Assembly: GCA_015233495.1 (NCBI GenBank)
Contig: JADFXQ010000005.1
Span: forward strand, 3,066-67,065
Length of the DNA: 64,000 bases
Reading direction: 5' to 3'
Source of the DNA: Candidatus Omnitrophota bacterium
GTDB taxonomy: Bacteria; Omnitrophota; Gorgyraeia; Zapsychrales; Zapsychraceae
A program made the translations under genes and the position numbers. Below are positions 49,264 to 60,258 of the stretch, in pieces; the stretch's first letter is position 1, and each line of letters begins with the position of its first letter. The notes under the pieces are model-generated. The model worked only from the letters and a program-made list of their open reading frames with translations, was not told where the DNA came from and searched no databases.

Positions 49264-50676
49264 TTATAAATATTTGCGCACATCCGCGATCTTCCCTTCA
49301 ATCGCCGCGGCTGCCGCCATTTCCGGACTCATCAGGTGAGTGCGGCCCCCGGGACCCATACGGCCTTCAAAATTGCGGTTGCTGGTCGCGGCGCAGCGAT
49401 CGCCCGGTTTGAGCTGATCTTCGTTCATGGCTAAACACATTGAGCAGCCGGCATAACGCCATTCAAATCCGGCGGCTTTAAATATTTTATCCAAGCCTTC
49501 TTTTTCTGCTTGTTGTTTGACTAAACCGGAGCCGGGCACTGCCAAAGCGCGGATCCCGGATTTGATTTTGCGATTTTCCAATATTTTTGCCGCGGCGCGG
49601 AAGTCTTCGATCCGGCCATTGGTGCAAGAGCCGATAAATACGGTATTAATGGCAATGTCCGTCAGCGCAGTGCCGGCGGCAAGCCCCATATATTTTAACG
49701 CGGCGGCATAAGCGGTTTTTTCAACAGAGTTTTGACATTGCTCCGGGTTGGGAACGCATCCCTCAATCGATGTCACATGTCCCGGGCTGGTGCCCCAGGT
49801 TACTTGGGGCAGAATAGTTTCCGCTTTAATTTCTAAGACGCGGTCGTATTTTGCGTCCGCGTCGCTCGGCAAGGTTTTCCAATAAGCCACGGCTTGATCC
49901 CACAGCCGGCCCTTAGGCGCGTGCGGTTTGCCTTTTAAATAAGCAAAAGTTATTTCATCCGGGGCGATCATCCCGGCTCGGGCGCCGGCTTCGATGCTCA
50001 TATTACAAACAGTCATGCGTCCTTCCATGCTTAAACCCCGGATCGCGCTTCCCGCGTATTCCACGACATAACCGGTCGCGCCTGACGTGCCGATTTGTCC
50101 GATAATGGATAAAATCAGATCTTTGGACGTAACGCCTTTACTCAGCCGGCCATCCACGCGGATGAGCATTGTCGGGGAGGCGTTTTGCTGTAAAGTCTGG
50201 GTAGCTAAAACGTGTTCGACTTCGGAAGTGCCGATGCCAAAGGCCAAAGCGCCGAAAGCGCCGTGCGTGGCAGTGTGTGAATCCCCGCAGACAATCACCA
50301 TCCCCGGCTGGGTGATTCCCTGCTCCGGACCAATGATATGAATGACGCCCTGTTGCGGGTCGGCAAAATCAAAGAGTTTGATGCCAAATTCTTGGGTGTT
50401 GCGTTTTAATATTTCCATCTGGGCTAACGACTGACCGGTAACGGCGCTCCAATCTTTGGTTGTGGTGGGCACATTGTGGTCCATGACGGCAAAGGTTTTC
50501 TTTGGACAACGGACCCGGCGGTGATTTTGTCGTAACGCCTCAAATGCCTGCGGGCTGGTGACTTCGTGGATTAAATGGCAATCGACGTAGATGAGCGCGG
50601 TATCGCCTTGGCTGGGACGAACCAGACGGCTTTCCCAGATTTTTTGATACATTGTTTTTTCCATAATATGCCTCAA
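49264..50676 (-). CDS. leuC: 3-isopropylmalate dehydratase large subunit
   Basis: 470 aa of the aconitase family with cluster-ligand cysteines (GSCTNGR...AGCSMC). Confidence 0.9.
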   Translation of the reverse strand: MRHIMEKTMYQKIWESRLVRPSQGDTALIYVDCHLIHEVTSPQAFEALRQNHRRVRCPKKTFAVMDHNVPTTTKDWSAVTGQSLAQMEILKRNTQEFGIKLFDFADPQQGVIHIIGPEQGITQPGMVIVCGDSHTATHGAFGALAFGIGTSEVEHVLATQTLQQNASPTMLIRVDGRLSKGVTSKDLILSIIGQIGTSGATGYVVEYAGSAIRGLSMEGRMTVCNMSIEAGARAGMIAPDEITFAYLKGKPHAPKGRLWDQAVAYWKTLPSDADAKYDRVLEIKAETILPQVTWGTSPGHVTSIEGCVPNPEQCQNSVEKTAYAAALKYMGLAAGTALTDIAINTVFIGSCTNGRIEDFRAAAKILENRKIKSGIRALAVPGSGLVKQQAEKEGLDKIFKAAGFEWRYAGCSMCLAMNEDQLKPGDRCAATSNRNFEGRMGPGGRTHLMSPEMAAAAAIEGKIADVRKYL

Positions 50677-53393
50677 CGAGATTTATAAAGAAATTTTTTA
50701 AGTACGGTCGGCAAAATACCGCCGTTGCGAAAATAGTCAATTTCCACGGGAGTATCCAGCCGGACGATTGCCGGGAACTTTATTGTCTGACCTCCCGGCG
50801 ACGTCGCGATGACCTGGATTCGTCCGCAAGGTTGCAAGAGTTCAGTGATTCCGTCAAAATTGAATGTTTCCTCTCCGGTAATCCCCAAACTGGCGGCGTT
50901 GGCCCCCTCCTCGAACTCCAGCGGCAAGACTCCCATGCCGGCCAAATTGCTGCGATGGATCCGCTCAAAACTTTGGGCGAGCACTACCCTTACGCCGAGC
51001 AACGCGGTTCCTTTTGCCGCCCAGTCGCGGCTGGAACCGGTGCCATATTCTTTGCCGGAGACAATCAGCAAAGGGGTCTGGGATTTTTGATACCAACTGG
51101 CTGCCGCGTAGATCGACATCAATTCCCGGGTTGGCCCATATTTGGTCCAACCACCTTCTTTGCCATCCGCCAAGAGATTATGTAATCGAATATTCGCGAA
51201 GGTGCCCCGGGTCATCACTTGATCATTCCCCCGTCGCGCGCCATAACTGTTGAAATTTTTAGGATTAACCCCGCGCGAAAGGAGATATTGGCCGGCCGGA
51301 CTTTCCACGGCAATCGCACCGGCCGGAGAGATATGGTCCGTGGTAATCGAATCGCCGAACATCGCTAAAATTTTTGCGTCCCGAATCGCGGGCGAAGTAA
51401 CGGTTAGCCGGTTTAAATTTTTAAAGAACGGAGGTTCTTGGATATAGGTACTTTTGGAATTCCAAGGATAAAGGGCTGATTTTTTAGCCTTAACCTTGTG
51501 CCACTCTTTGCTTCCATTATATACTGAACGGTATCGTTCGCGAAACCATTTTGTTTTTACGGATTTGAGGATTTGAGTGTTGATTTCGTTTTGCGTCGGC
51601 CAAAGGTCTTTTAAGAAAACTGGCTGGCCTTGGGGATCGATCCCCAGCGGCTCATGTTCAAAATCGATCCGCACTGTGCCGCTTAAGGCGTAAGCGATTA
51701 CCAAAGCCGGACTTGCCAAATAATTCGCTTTTGCGTGCGGGCTGACCCGGCCTTCAAAATTACGGTTTCCGCTTAATACGGCTGCGGCGATCAGCTTGCC
51801 GTTTTTTATTGCCGAGGCTACTTCCGCGGATAAAGGCCCGCTATTGCCGATGCAGGTCGCGCAGCCATAGCCGACAATATGAAATTTGAGTTTTTCCAAA
51901 TAGGACAATAAACCGGCGGCGGACAAATAATCCTGCGCGACTTGCGACCCGGGAGCGAAAGAAGTTTTCACATAAGATTTTACCCTCAGCCCTTTTTCTA
52001 CGGCTTTTTTGGCCAAAAGCCCGGCGCTGATCAACACCGCAGGGTTGGAAGTATTAGTGCAACTGGTGATCGAGGCCAAAACTACCTGACCGTGGCCTAA
52101 GGCGACGTTCTCTCCTGTGCCGAGCTTTTGCTGATGATGCAAATCTTGGGGATTTAGGCCATAACCCCGTTGTTGGGTAGGCAGAGCTAAGCATTCTTCA
52201 AAAGATTTTTTTACGTCGTTTAATAAAACCCGGTCTTGCGGCCGCTTGGGTCCGGCGACGCATGGCTGAACCGTGGATAAATCAAACTGGACAGTGTCAG
52301 TGAAAGCCGGAATGGGATCTCCTGATTGATAAAATAATCCCTGGATTTTCAGGTATTTTTCCAGCAAACGGATTTGGGATTCTTTACGCCCGGTTAAGCG
52401 GTAATAATGCAGGGTTTCCGCGTCGATTGGAAAGATCCCGATCGTCGCGCCGTATTCCGGAGCCATATTGGATATGGTCGCCCGGTCCGGCAAGGTCAAA
52501 TGTCGCAATCCGTCGCCAAAAAATTCAACGAATTTTCCTACCACGCCTTTTTTGCGTAAGAGGGCCGTGATGGTCAAAACCAGATCCGTAGCGGTGACAG
52601 CGGGTTTAAGACAACCGGTTAATTTTACTCCGACGACTTCCGGCAAAAGCATGGTTAAAGGCTCTCCCAGCATCACTGCTTCCGCTTCAATCCCGCCCAC
52701 TCCCCATCCGACAATGCCTAAACCATTGATCATGGTTGTATGACTGTCCGTGCCGACTAAGGTATCAGGAAAAACCAGGGTCGCTTTACCGGTTCGTTTT
52801 TTTAAAACACCTTGAGCGAGATATTCCAGGTTAACTTGATGGATGATTCCTGTCGCGGGCGGGATGACTGAAAAATTTTTAAAAGCGTTTTTACCCCATT
52901 TTAAAAAGGCGTAACGTTCGCGGTTGCGTTGAAATTCCAGCCGCACGTTTTTCGCCATCGCCGCGGGCGTGCCGGCATAATCAACCTGCAAGGAATGATC
53001 AATCACCAGATCACAAGGCACGCCGGGATTGATTTTTTTGATGTCCCCGCCCAGACGTTGGATCGCCCAGCGCATGGCCGCGAGATCCGCCACGCAAGGC
53101 ACGCCGGTAAAATCTTGCAAGAGAACCCGGCCGGGTTTAAAGGCGATTTCCGGTTGCCGCGACATCTTAGGCGACCAGCTCAAAATGTTTTTAATATCGT
53201 TAAGGGTAACCTGATAATTGTCGCAATTGCGCGCCGCATTTTCCAAAAGGATTTTGATGGAAAATGGCAAGGCGGATGTGGAACCCAGAACGGATTTGCC
53301 CAATTGTTTTAAAGAAAAATATTGATAATTTCGTCTGTCAAGCTGAAATGTGCGCAAAACCGAACCTGGGTTAAATGAAGTCGCTGGTTTCAT
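50673..53393 (-). CDS. acnA: aconitate hydratase A
   Basis: 906 aa with full AcnA/IRP-type domain order. Overlaps the leuC start by 4 bp. Confidence 0.85.
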   Translation of the reverse strand: MKPATSFNPGSVLRTFQLDRRNYQYFSLKQLGKSVLGSTSALPFSIKILLENAARNCDNYQVTLNDIKNILSWSPKMSRQPEIAFKPGRVLLQDFTGVPCVADLAAMRWAIQRLGGDIKKINPGVPCDLVIDHSLQVDYAGTPAAMAKNVRLEFQRNRERYAFLKWGKNAFKNFSVIPPATGIIHQVNLEYLAQGVLKKRTGKATLVFPDTLVGTDSHTTMINGLGIVGWGVGGIEAEAVMLGEPLTMLLPEVVGVKLTGCLKPAVTATDLVLTITALLRKKGVVGKFVEFFGDGLRHLTLPDRATISNMAPEYGATIGIFPIDAETLHYYRLTGRKESQIRLLEKYLKIQGLFYQSGDPIPAFTDTVQFDLSTVQPCVAGPKRPQDRVLLNDVKKSFEECLALPTQQRGYGLNPQDLHHQQKLGTGENVALGHGQVVLASITSCTNTSNPAVLISAGLLAKKAVEKGLRVKSYVKTSFAPGSQVAQDYLSAAGLLSYLEKLKFHIVGYGCATCIGNSGPLSAEVASAIKNGKLIAAAVLSGNRNFEGRVSPHAKANYLASPALVIAYALSGTVRIDFEHEPLGIDPQGQPVFLKDLWPTQNEINTQILKSVKTKWFRERYRSVYNGSKEWHKVKAKKSALYPWNSKSTYIQEPPFFKNLNRLTVTSPAIRDAKILAMFGDSITTDHISPAGAIAVESPAGQYLLSRGVNPKNFNSYGARRGNDQVMTRGTFANIRLHNLLADGKEGGWTKYGPTRELMSIYAAASWYQKSQTPLLIVSGKEYGTGSSRDWAAKGTALLGVRVVLAQSFERIHRSNLAGMGVLPLEFEEGANAASLGITGEETFNFDGITELLQPCGRIQVIATSPGGQTIKFPAIVRLDTPVEIDYFRNGGILPTVLKKFLYKSR

Positions 53394-53488
53394 CCGGGAT
53401 CCTTTGCAAAATGGTATATATGAATTTTGCTATTATATAGAAATGATCAAAGACCGTCAATAAGCAGACCGGCAAAACAGACAGGCAA

Positions 53489-54013
53489 TCACGGCAGGAG
53501 TAAATCCGCGATGCTGCGGCTGAAGGGGAGCGCGTGTGCCGGACCGTCCGCGGTCACGATGGAACCGTCGACCGTGACTTCCTGCCCTGTGTAATCCGCG
53601 CCATTGGCTTTAAGCAGAGATTGTTCATCCATCCAAACAGTGGCTTTTTTCCCCTGGAGAACTCCGGCTTTGGCAAGCGTGACTGGCGCGATGCAAATCG
53701 CGGCCAATACTTTATGCGCGAAGAGCGTGTCCCGGGCGATGCGGTGCGCGGCGGGGTCGTCCCAATATTGTTCCGCTCCTCCCCCGCCGACAAAAATGAC
53801 CGCGTCATAGAAAACTGGGTTTATCGTTGTGTAGAGTATATCGGGACGGATAGCCGCGCCGAGCATACCGGTCACGGTTGCAGTTGTGGAAGAAGCGATG
53901 GTTACTTGCGCGCCTAAATTTTGGAAATAGGCGCGGGGCACGAGTAATTCTTCATCCCGGAAATCGTGCGCCGCGATGATCATGACGATTTTTTTTCCGG
54001 TTAATGTTTTCAT
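53489..54013 (-). CDS. DJ-1/PfpI family protein
   Basis: AAICIAP nucleophile-elbow Cys. Start placed at ATG 54011-54013, which has a GGAGAAGGGAG ribosome-binding site. The track start is 54127. Confidence 0.7.
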   Translation of the reverse strand: MKTLTGKKIVMIIAAHDFRDEELLVPRAYFQNLGAQVTIASSTTATVTGMLGAAIRPDILYTTINPVFYDAVIFVGGGGAEQYWDDPAAHRIARDTLFAHKVLAAICIAPVTLAKAGVLQGKKATVWMDEQSLLKANGADYTGQEVTVDGSIVTADGPAHALPFSRSIADLLLP

Positions 54014-54071
54014 AGGACTCCCTTCTCCTATCCGGGCGCCGAGTGATACAAGAAAAAACAACGCGAAGAGA

Positions 54072-54368
54072 TCAATTATTCCCCGGCATATTGAATTTTT
54101 TAATGCTGAGCAGAATGCGGTTTTCATCTGGTTTATGGAATTGAGCGATAAAACGGTTGAGATTCTTGTCTTTTTCCGAAATCACCCGCTCCAAATGGTT
54201 GATTTCGCCGGTTAAAGAATCAATTTTCTCTTTGAGTATTTTGCGGGCAAGACGGGCGCGGTTTTTGAAAAAAAGATGCAGGACTGCCATGGTTAAAAAT
54301 CCAAAAAGAAAAAAACCCAGATGAAAAAGCAAGTCGAAGTTGAAGAAAGATCCTGAGAGATTATTCAT
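54072..54368 (-). CDS. small TM + coiled-coil protein (FtsB/DivIC-like?), tentative
   Basis: One TM helix (LLFHLGFFLFGFLTMAVL) followed by a coiled-coil. Confidence 0.3.
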   Translation of the reverse strand: MNNLSGSFFNFDLLFHLGFFLFGFLTMAVLHLFFKNRARLARKILKEKIDSLTGEINHLERVISEKDKNLNRFIAQFHKPDENRILLSIKKFNMPGNN

Positions 54369-54400
54369 GGTTAGCTCAAGGGCGGCGCAGCGGGAGCCGT

Positions 54401-54583
54401 TTATTTTTGGTTTGGAGCAAAGATGTCCGTTTCCGCTTTTTGTTTTTCTTTGAGTTTGTTTTTTTCAACCAGTCCTTGGGTGCCGAGGATGAGGCCGGCA
54501 ATCAATAAAATGGGGATAAAAATAAAAGCGATAATTACCCAAGGGTGGGGTTTCCGGGTACGAGGATTGTAAAACATGGACAT
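54401..54583 (-). CDS. small membrane protein (60 aa), unknown
   Basis: A single hydrophobic helix IIAFIFIPILLIAGLILG. Confidence 0.3.
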   Translation of the reverse strand: MSMFYNPRTRKPHPWVIIAFIFIPILLIAGLILGTQGLVEKNKLKEKQKAETDIFAPNQK

Positions 54584-54698
54584 AAGACCCCCTTATCGAA
54601 TGCGCTGCGTGTCAACACTATCAATTTTTGCGGAGCATTTTTATATTATCAGGAAAACGCCGGACGTCAAGATAGGGTTGGGAATTTCATTCTAGAGG

Positions 54699-55472
54699 CT
54701 ACCCGGCGTTAAAAATTTCAATTCCTACCGGACAATGATCGGACCCGGATACCTGTTTTAAGATGAAAGCGTTTTTGAGCTGCGGGAGAATGTTTTCTGA
54801 AACAAAAAAATAATCGATTCGCCAGCCGATATCGCGTTCCCGGGCCTTGGTTTTATAGTCCCACCAGGAATAATGCCCTCCCTGTTTTTCAAAATGGCGG
54901 AACGTGTCAATATAACCGTGGGAAATCAATTTGGAGACCCAAGCCCGTTCTTCGGGTAAAAACCCCGTGTTTTTTTGGTTTTCTTTCGGACGGGACAGAT
55001 CGATTTCCGTATGCGCGGTGTTCACGTCCCCGCAGAGGATAATCGATTTTCCCTGTTTTTTTAATTGATCCGCTTTTTTCAGAAACGCGTCGTAAAACGC
55101 CATTTTAAACGGGACCCGTTTGTTCCCGGCCCCGCCGTTGGGAAAATAAATGTTGAACAAAACAAAATCCGGGAATTCCAGCATCAATGTCCGGCCTTCC
55201 GCGTCGAATTCCTTGAGGCCGAGACCGGTTTGAACTTTTAACGGCTGGTGTTTGGTCAAGACGCCGACCCCGCTATATCCTTTTTTCTCCGCCGTGTCCC
55301 AGTACATATGATAATTGGAAAGCTGTTTCAGCTCCGGAGGAATCTGATCAGGATGGCATTTGGTTTCTTGCAGGCAGAGAATATCCGGCGATTCTTGGTT
55401 AAGCCAAGAAAGAAAATCTTTTTTCAAGACGGCCCGCAGGCCGTTAACGTTCCAACTGATGAGCCGCATCAT
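54699..55472 (-). CDS. xth: exodeoxyribonuclease III
   Basis: LISWNVNGLRA N-terminus and EEP-fold motifs (SGSDHCPV). Confidence 0.9.
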   Translation of the reverse strand: MMRLISWNVNGLRAVLKKDFLSWLNQESPDILCLQETKCHPDQIPPELKQLSNYHMYWDTAEKKGYSGVGVLTKHQPLKVQTGLGLKEFDAEGRTLMLEFPDFVLFNIYFPNGGAGNKRVPFKMAFYDAFLKKADQLKKQGKSIILCGDVNTAHTEIDLSRPKENQKNTGFLPEERAWVSKLISHGYIDTFRHFEKQGGHYSWWDYKTKARERDIGWRIDYFFVSENILPQLKNAFILKQVSGSDHCPVGIEIFNAG

Positions 55473-55508
55473 TAAATTTTTTGAACAGGGCTTTGTTTGA
55501 ATATTTCA

Positions 55509-55922
55509 TTATAGAATATCAATCTTTAAATCATGAGCGGCTTTGATCATCGGAGAATCAAAAGTCGCCAAAGGAATTTTTTCGCGTGCCGCTAAATGCA
55601 AATAGGAAGCGTCATACACGGTTAAATGATGTTCCCTTGCCAAATGATAACAGGCCAACCAACCGGCCTCTTTGATTGAAAAACGGTCAGTTTGAATTGG
55701 CAGCTGTTTTAAAAATCCTAAAAAAATGACTACATCTTCCAAAGAAATTCGCTTGCGTCGTTCGGCCATCAAAAGGCCATTGGCAATCTCAAAAGGCCAT
55801 AATGCCGGAGTTAACGCCACGGCGGTATTCAAATTTTGAAGAATGCGCTGGGAATGAGCGGATTGTTCATCTTCGAAACACCAGCTCATCACTACGGAAT
55901 CATCAATGACAAATTTTTTCAC
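55509..55922 (-). CDS. PIN domain toxin (VapC family)
   Basis: 137-aa PIN fold with acidic residues (FVIDDS...). Overlaps the antitoxin gene by 4 bp. Confidence 0.65.
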   Translation of the reverse strand: MKKFVIDDSVVMSWCFEDEQSAHSQRILQNLNTAVALTPALWPFEIANGLLMAERRKRISLEDVVIFLGFLKQLPIQTDRFSIKEAGWLACYHLAREHHLTVYDASYLHLAAREKIPLATFDSPMIKAAHDLKIDIL

Positions 55923-56161
55923 AATCTGCGTCCCTGTTGGATCCAGGCGCGGGATTGAGCCTGGGAACTTTTGCGCTTTTTCCGAAATTTCAAAATAGCG
56001 TCAATTGTTTGAGCAATGGATCCTTTGTCCTGGGTGTTGACTGGGGAGATTTTCGCGATGAGCTGGCCGCGGCGGGTAATGAGAACCTCCTGGCCTTGAA
56101 TGACTTGTTCCATAATCGCGGAAAAATGAGTCTTGGCATCAAAAATACCGATGGTTTGCAT
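55919..56161 (-). CDS. Phd/YefM-type antitoxin
   Basis: MQTIGIFDAKTHFSAIMEQVIQGQEVLITRRGQ is typical of Phd/YefM. Start placed at ATG 56159-56161. Confidence 0.65.
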   Translation of the reverse strand: MQTIGIFDAKTHFSAIMEQVIQGQEVLITRRGQLIAKISPVNTQDKGSIAQTIDAILKFRKKRKSSQAQSRAWIQQGRRL

Positions 56162-56219
56162 GGCAGTCTCCGATCTAGTTATCTGACTAGTTAGAACATA
56201 CCATAACCAGGATTCGCTG

Positions 56220-57332
56220 TCAAGATTGATAAGAGAAAACCCCTGAGCAGGAAGTTTTGCAAAATGAGCAATGGCCGGTTTCATCCAATTGATAGTCGGT
56301 TATTTTATAACCGGTTCGCCGGATGATGAGCTGGCCGCATTGCTGACAAACCGTGGGGGTTTCGTCGTTTTGGGAGACGTTTCCCAGATATACAAAGCGC
56401 AGACCTGATTGTTGGGCGATGTCCCGGGCGGTTTTAAGGGTTTCGATGGGTGTCACGTTGTTGTCTAAGAGACGATAATCCGGGTGAAACGCGGAAAAAT
56501 GGATTGGCACATCCCTCCCCAATTCCGCGGCGATCCATTGGCACATGGACCGGATTTCGTCGGGATTGTCATTCGCGCCGGGGATTAAGAGGTTCGTGAT
56601 TTCTAACCAAGTTTTGGTGGACGTATGAATATAACGTAAAGTTTCCAATACGGGTTGTAAATGCGCGTTGCAATATTTTTGGTAAAACGCTTCTGAAAAG
56701 CCTTTCAAATCGACATTGGTCGCGTCCATGCACTCAAAAAATTCTTTGCGGGCCGGCGCTTGGATATATCCATTGGTGACCGCAACGGTTTTGAGCCTGT
56801 GTTCGCGGCAGGCTTGCGCGATATGGATCGCGAATTCGGAGAATATCACCGGTTCATTATAGGTAAAGGCGACGCTGGCGCAGTCATGGTCTTGGGCCGC
56901 GGCTATGATAAGGGCCGCGGTGACAGGCTGCATGGGTTGTTCGGTTTTAGCAAAAGCCCAGTTTTGACAAAACGAACAGCCTAAGTTACAGCCGACTGTG
57001 CCAAACGACAGGATTTTCGACCCGGGTAAAAAGTGATACAGCGGTTTTTTTTCTATCGGGTCAACCGCCAATCCGGTGGTGTGATTGAACGCGGTCGTGA
57101 CTAAATTGCCGGCGAGATTTTTCCGAACAAAGCAGAATCCGCTGGCATTTTGGTCGATCACGCAGGCCCGGGGACACAGGTCGCATTGTATCAGTTTACC
57201 GTTTAGCGGGTGCCAAAATTGGGCGGGATGATGAGCAAGTGTTGAAATAATAAAAATCCTTTTAGGCCGCTGTTTTGCTTCTGTAGGAACGCCCTTTGTC
57301 CGATCGCGCCAGAAAGACGGGCGTTCGTACAA
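56220..57332 (-). CDS. radical SAM enzyme of the AmmeMemoRadiSam/PflA-like type
   Basis: CDLCPRAC...GFCFVRKN N-terminal Cys motif and the CNLGCSFCQNW radical-SAM motif. The 5' end is uncertain: the track start is a TTG lying inside repeat copy E, and the first conserved residues begin near AHHPAQFW. Confidence 0.65.
   Translation of the reverse strand: MYERPSFWRDRTKGVPTEAKQRPKRIFIISTLAHHPAQFWHPLNGKLIQCDLCPRACVIDQNASGFCFVRKNLAGNLVTTAFNHTTGLAVDPIEKKPLYHFLPGSKILSFGTVGCNLGCSFCQNWAFAKTEQPMQPVTAALIIAAAQDHDCASVAFTYNEPVIFSEFAIHIAQACREHRLKTVAVTNGYIQAPARKEFFECMDATNVDLKGFSEAFYQKYCNAHLQPVLETLRYIHTSTKTWLEITNLLIPGANDNPDEIRSMCQWIAAELGRDVPIHFSAFHPDYRLLDNNVTPIETLKTARDIAQQSGLRFVYLGNVSQNDETPTVCQQCGQLIIRRTGYKITDYQLDETGHCSFCKTSCSGVFSYQS
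57283..57330. repeat. GC-rich palindromic element, degenerate copy E (GTAGGAACGCCC-N24-GGGCGTTCGTAC with a CGCGCCAGAAAGACGGGCG core)
   Basis: Direct reading. It shares the CGCGCCAGA..GACGGGCG core with copies B-D. Confidence 0.7.
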
Positions 57333-57341
57333 AATAGATGA

Positions 57342-58832
57342 TCAACTTTGCAGTAAGGCATTGATCGCTTGGGCGGCGCGGCGGCCTTGGCCCATGGCTA
57401 GGATAACTGTGGCCGAGCCGAGTACAATATCGCCGCCAGCGTAAACTCCTGGGATAGAGGTTCGGCTGTTTTCATCCGTGATAACTCGGCCTCGGCTGTC
57501 GGTTGCTAATCCGGGCGTGGTTTGCCGCAGCAAAGGATGCGGTTCATTGCCAATGGCGACAATAACCGTGTCCACCTCGCGGATAAATTCACTGCCTTTA
57601 ATTTCTACAGGCCGCGGCCGGCCGGAAGAGTCGGGTTCTCCGAGTTCATAACGTAAACATTGCATGGATTTGACCCGGCCTTGGTTATCGCCATAAATCT
57701 GTTTAACATTTTCCAGAAATTGAAAAACCACGCCTTCTTCCCGGGCGTGCGCGATTTCTTCCTGCCGGGCGGGCATTTCCGGTTGGGTACGACGATAAAT
57801 CACTTGGACTTCCGCGGCTCCCAGACGCAAAGCCATGCGGGCCGCGTCTAACGCGACATTGCCGCCGCCCAGCACTGCGACATTTTTGGATAAAAACGCC
57901 GGCGTGTCGGCTTTATTGCGGTCATAGGCTTTCATCAGATTCGCGCGGGTTAAATATTCATTCGCGGAAAAAACCCCGACTAAATTTTCACCGGGAATAT
58001 TCATAAATTTGGGCAGTCCCGCGCCGGCGCCGATAAACATCGCGGCAAATCCGTGTTTTTGGCGTAAATCCGATAGCGACCGGGTCCGGCCGACGATAAA
58101 GTCAGTGACCACCGCAACGCCTATGGATTTTAAAGTATTGATTTCATTTTTGACAATTTGTTTGGGCAGACGAAATTCCGGGATGCCGTAAACCAAAACG
58201 CCACCGGGTTTATGGAAAGCTTCGAATAAAGTCACGCTGTGTCCGGCACGGCAAAGCTCGGCTGCCGCCGTGATCCCGGCCGGTCCGCTGCCGATCACCG
58301 CGATTTTTTTTCCGGTCGATGTTTTGACGCTCGGCGAACCGCCCCCTTTATTCACTTGTTCCCAATCCGCGACAAAGCGTTCCAAACGGCCGATCGACAC
58401 TGCTTGCTGAATATCTTTAAGGGCCAATCCCACCGTACAATGTTCCTGACACTGATTTTCTTGCGGGCAGACCCGGCCGCATACGGCAGGCAATAAACTG
58501 CTCTTTTTAATGATATCGATCGCCGCTTGAAAATCCGCGTCTTGGATGGCTTTGATAAACCGGGGGATATCAATGGCCACCGGACACCCGGTCACGCAGG
58601 GTTTGTTTGGACATTGCAGACAGCGCGCCGCTTCGATCATGGCCTGCTCTAGGGTATAACCCGCAGTCACTTCTTCGACATTGGTTTTGCGGATCCGCGG
58701 ATCTTGGCAGGGCATATCTTGCGGCGGGATCTTGAGACGTTCCTTAAGCGTCAGCTCTTCGGCTTTGGGCCCCAAGCTGTCCCAAATTTTTTTCGCGTTC
58801 AAGCTGAGCTCGGAAAACGATTTGTGCGTCAT
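57342..58832 (-). CDS. NADPH-dependent glutamate synthase beta-chain-like oxidoreductase (NfnB/SudA/GltD family)
   Basis: N-terminal Cys clusters, IGSGPAG and LGGGNVALD nucleotide-binding motifs. Confidence 0.8.
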   Translation of the reverse strand: MTHKSFSELSLNAKKIWDSLGPKAEELTLKERLKIPPQDMPCQDPRIRKTNVEEVTAGYTLEQAMIEAARCLQCPNKPCVTGCPVAIDIPRFIKAIQDADFQAAIDIIKKSSLLPAVCGRVCPQENQCQEHCTVGLALKDIQQAVSIGRLERFVADWEQVNKGGGSPSVKTSTGKKIAVIGSGPAGITAAAELCRAGHSVTLFEAFHKPGGVLVYGIPEFRLPKQIVKNEINTLKSIGVAVVTDFIVGRTRSLSDLRQKHGFAAMFIGAGAGLPKFMNIPGENLVGVFSANEYLTRANLMKAYDRNKADTPAFLSKNVAVLGGGNVALDAARMALRLGAAEVQVIYRRTQPEMPARQEEIAHAREEGVVFQFLENVKQIYGDNQGRVKSMQCLRYELGEPDSSGRPRPVEIKGSEFIREVDTVIVAIGNEPHPLLRQTTPGLATDSRGRVITDENSRTSIPGVYAGGDIVLGSATVILAMGQGRRAAQAINALLQS

Positions 58833-58839
58833 AAAGATT

Positions 58840-59679
58840 TTATAAACCGATTTTGCATTGGTGCCGCGCTGTTTCTTCTTGAGGATGATAAGCTTTTAAC
58901 CGTTGGATCATATTGTCGAAATCAACGCGATGACCGTCGAATTCGGGGCCGTCCACGCAAACGAATTTTGTGGTGTTGTCCACCGAGACGCGGCAGCCGC
59001 CGCACATGCCGGTGCCGTCCACCATAATAGTATTGAGCGATACAACCGTCGGGACAGCAAAAGGCCGGGTGGTTTCCGCGCAAAATTTCATCATAATCGG
59101 CGGACCGATCGCCACCACCAAATCCGGACGAGGATTTTTTTGGCAAAGTTCCAAGAGCGGCGCGGTCACTAAAGCCTTTTGCCCGGATGTCCCATCGTCA
59201 GTGCAGATGATCAGGTCAGCGGCGATCGACGCTAGTTCTTTTTCTAAAATTAATAAATTTTTGGTTCGGGCTCCCAGAATAACGATCAGTTTATTGCCCG
59301 CGGCTTGCATTGCTTGGGCAATCGGGTAAAGCGGCGCCGCGCCGATTCCGCCGCCAATGCAGACCACGGCGCCGAACCGGGCGATATGGGTCGGCTGTCC
59401 CAAAGGTCCGAGGATATGCGCGATGGTGTCCCCTTCGCGTTTTTCCGCCAACTGCCGCGTGGTTTTGCCAACCCGCTGGAAAATCAACGTGATACTGCCC
59501 TCTTGAAGATCAGCGTCGGCAATTGTCAGCGGAATTCGTTCGCTGTAATCATCGTCCAATTGTAAAATGATGAATTGCCCGGGCTTTCTTTCCGACGCGA
59601 TAAGCGCCGCGGAAACTTTCAACCGGAAAATATCATCGGCTAAACGTTCTTTTTTGAGGATAGTGTGTTGGGAATGCAT
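58840..59679 (-). CDS. ferredoxin-NADP+ reductase-like FAD/[2Fe-2S] subunit (NfnA/SudB/PyrK family)
   Basis: A 279-aa PyrK-like beta-barrel plus Rossmann fold with a C-terminal CGGCRV Fe-S motif. Upstream partner of the GltD-like gene. Confidence 0.75.
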   Translation of the reverse strand: MHSQHTILKKERLADDIFRLKVSAALIASERKPGQFIILQLDDDYSERIPLTIADADLQEGSITLIFQRVGKTTRQLAEKREGDTIAHILGPLGQPTHIARFGAVVCIGGGIGAAPLYPIAQAMQAAGNKLIVILGARTKNLLILEKELASIAADLIICTDDGTSGQKALVTAPLLELCQKNPRPDLVVAIGPPIMMKFCAETTRPFAVPTVVSLNTIMVDGTGMCGGCRVSVDNTTKFVCVDGPEFDGHRVDFDNMIQRLKAYHPQEETARHQCKIGL

Positions 59680-59682
59680 TTA

Positions 59683-60258
59683 TCAAGATCGGGTTAGAAA
59701 CCCGGCATATTTTTCAATGGTTAATCGGGTCTTTTCATCCAACGCCTGAGCGTATTTTTGGTCGGTAACGTAAACAATGCCGTAAGGACAAACGCTTTGT
59801 CCGGGAAGCAGTTGATTCGGCACCGGGACAGGGATCATGCCCATGTGACAAGCGTAACAATGAATGTTTTGCAAGCACAAATTAGCGCCGTTTTCCGTTG
59901 ACCCGGCAGAAGTAAACGCCGCCAAACGTTTTCCAGCATAACGTGAATGGAACCAATGCACAGCAGTCGCGTCCATAAATGTTTTCATTTGGCCGGAGAC
60001 ATTGCCAAAATAGGTGGGCGACCCGATGATCACTAGATCCGCGTTTAATAAATCATCCGGCAGGGCAACCGGTAACTGGTTCATTTCCGATAACAGCTCT
60101 TGCGCGTCTGCCGGGGTATCTGATTGGGGTGTCCATCCGGGGTCGGCGACACGCCGAAAAAGGCAGTCGTGTCCGAGCGCGGTGCAAGCCTGAAGCATCG
60201 ATTTCGCCACCAAGTAAGTGTGGCCGCAAACACTGTGGACAACAATAACAATATTCAT
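59683..60258 (-). CDS. flavodoxin-like (WrbA/NAD(P)H:quinone oxidoreductase-like) protein
   Basis: MNIVIVVHSVCGHT flavodoxin-like N-terminus and GSPTYFGNVSGQMKTFMD FMN-binding loop. Confidence 0.65.
   Translation of the reverse strand: MNIVIVVHSVCGHTYLVAKSMLQACTALGHDCLFRRVADPGWTPQSDTPADAQELLSEMNQLPVALPDDLLNADLVIIGSPTYFGNVSGQMKTFMDATAVHWFHSRYAGKRLAAFTSAGSTENGANLCLQNIHCYACHMGMIPVPVPNQLLPGQSVCPYGIVYVTDQKYAQALDEKTRLTIEKYAGFLTRS

Noticed and set aside
53489-54127. Longer DJ-1/PfpI start at 54127 giving a signal-peptide-like N-terminus
   Set aside because: The internal ATG at 54013 has a strong GGAGAAGGGAG ribosome-binding site and removes the overlap with the upstream small ORF. The longer form cannot be excluded.
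54656-54710. 8-bp inverted repeat AACGCCGG...CCGGCGTT with a 39-nt loop at the xth 3' end
   Set aside because: One arm lies inside the xth coding sequence. The loop is too long for a typical terminator, and there is no supporting conservation. Noted but not called.
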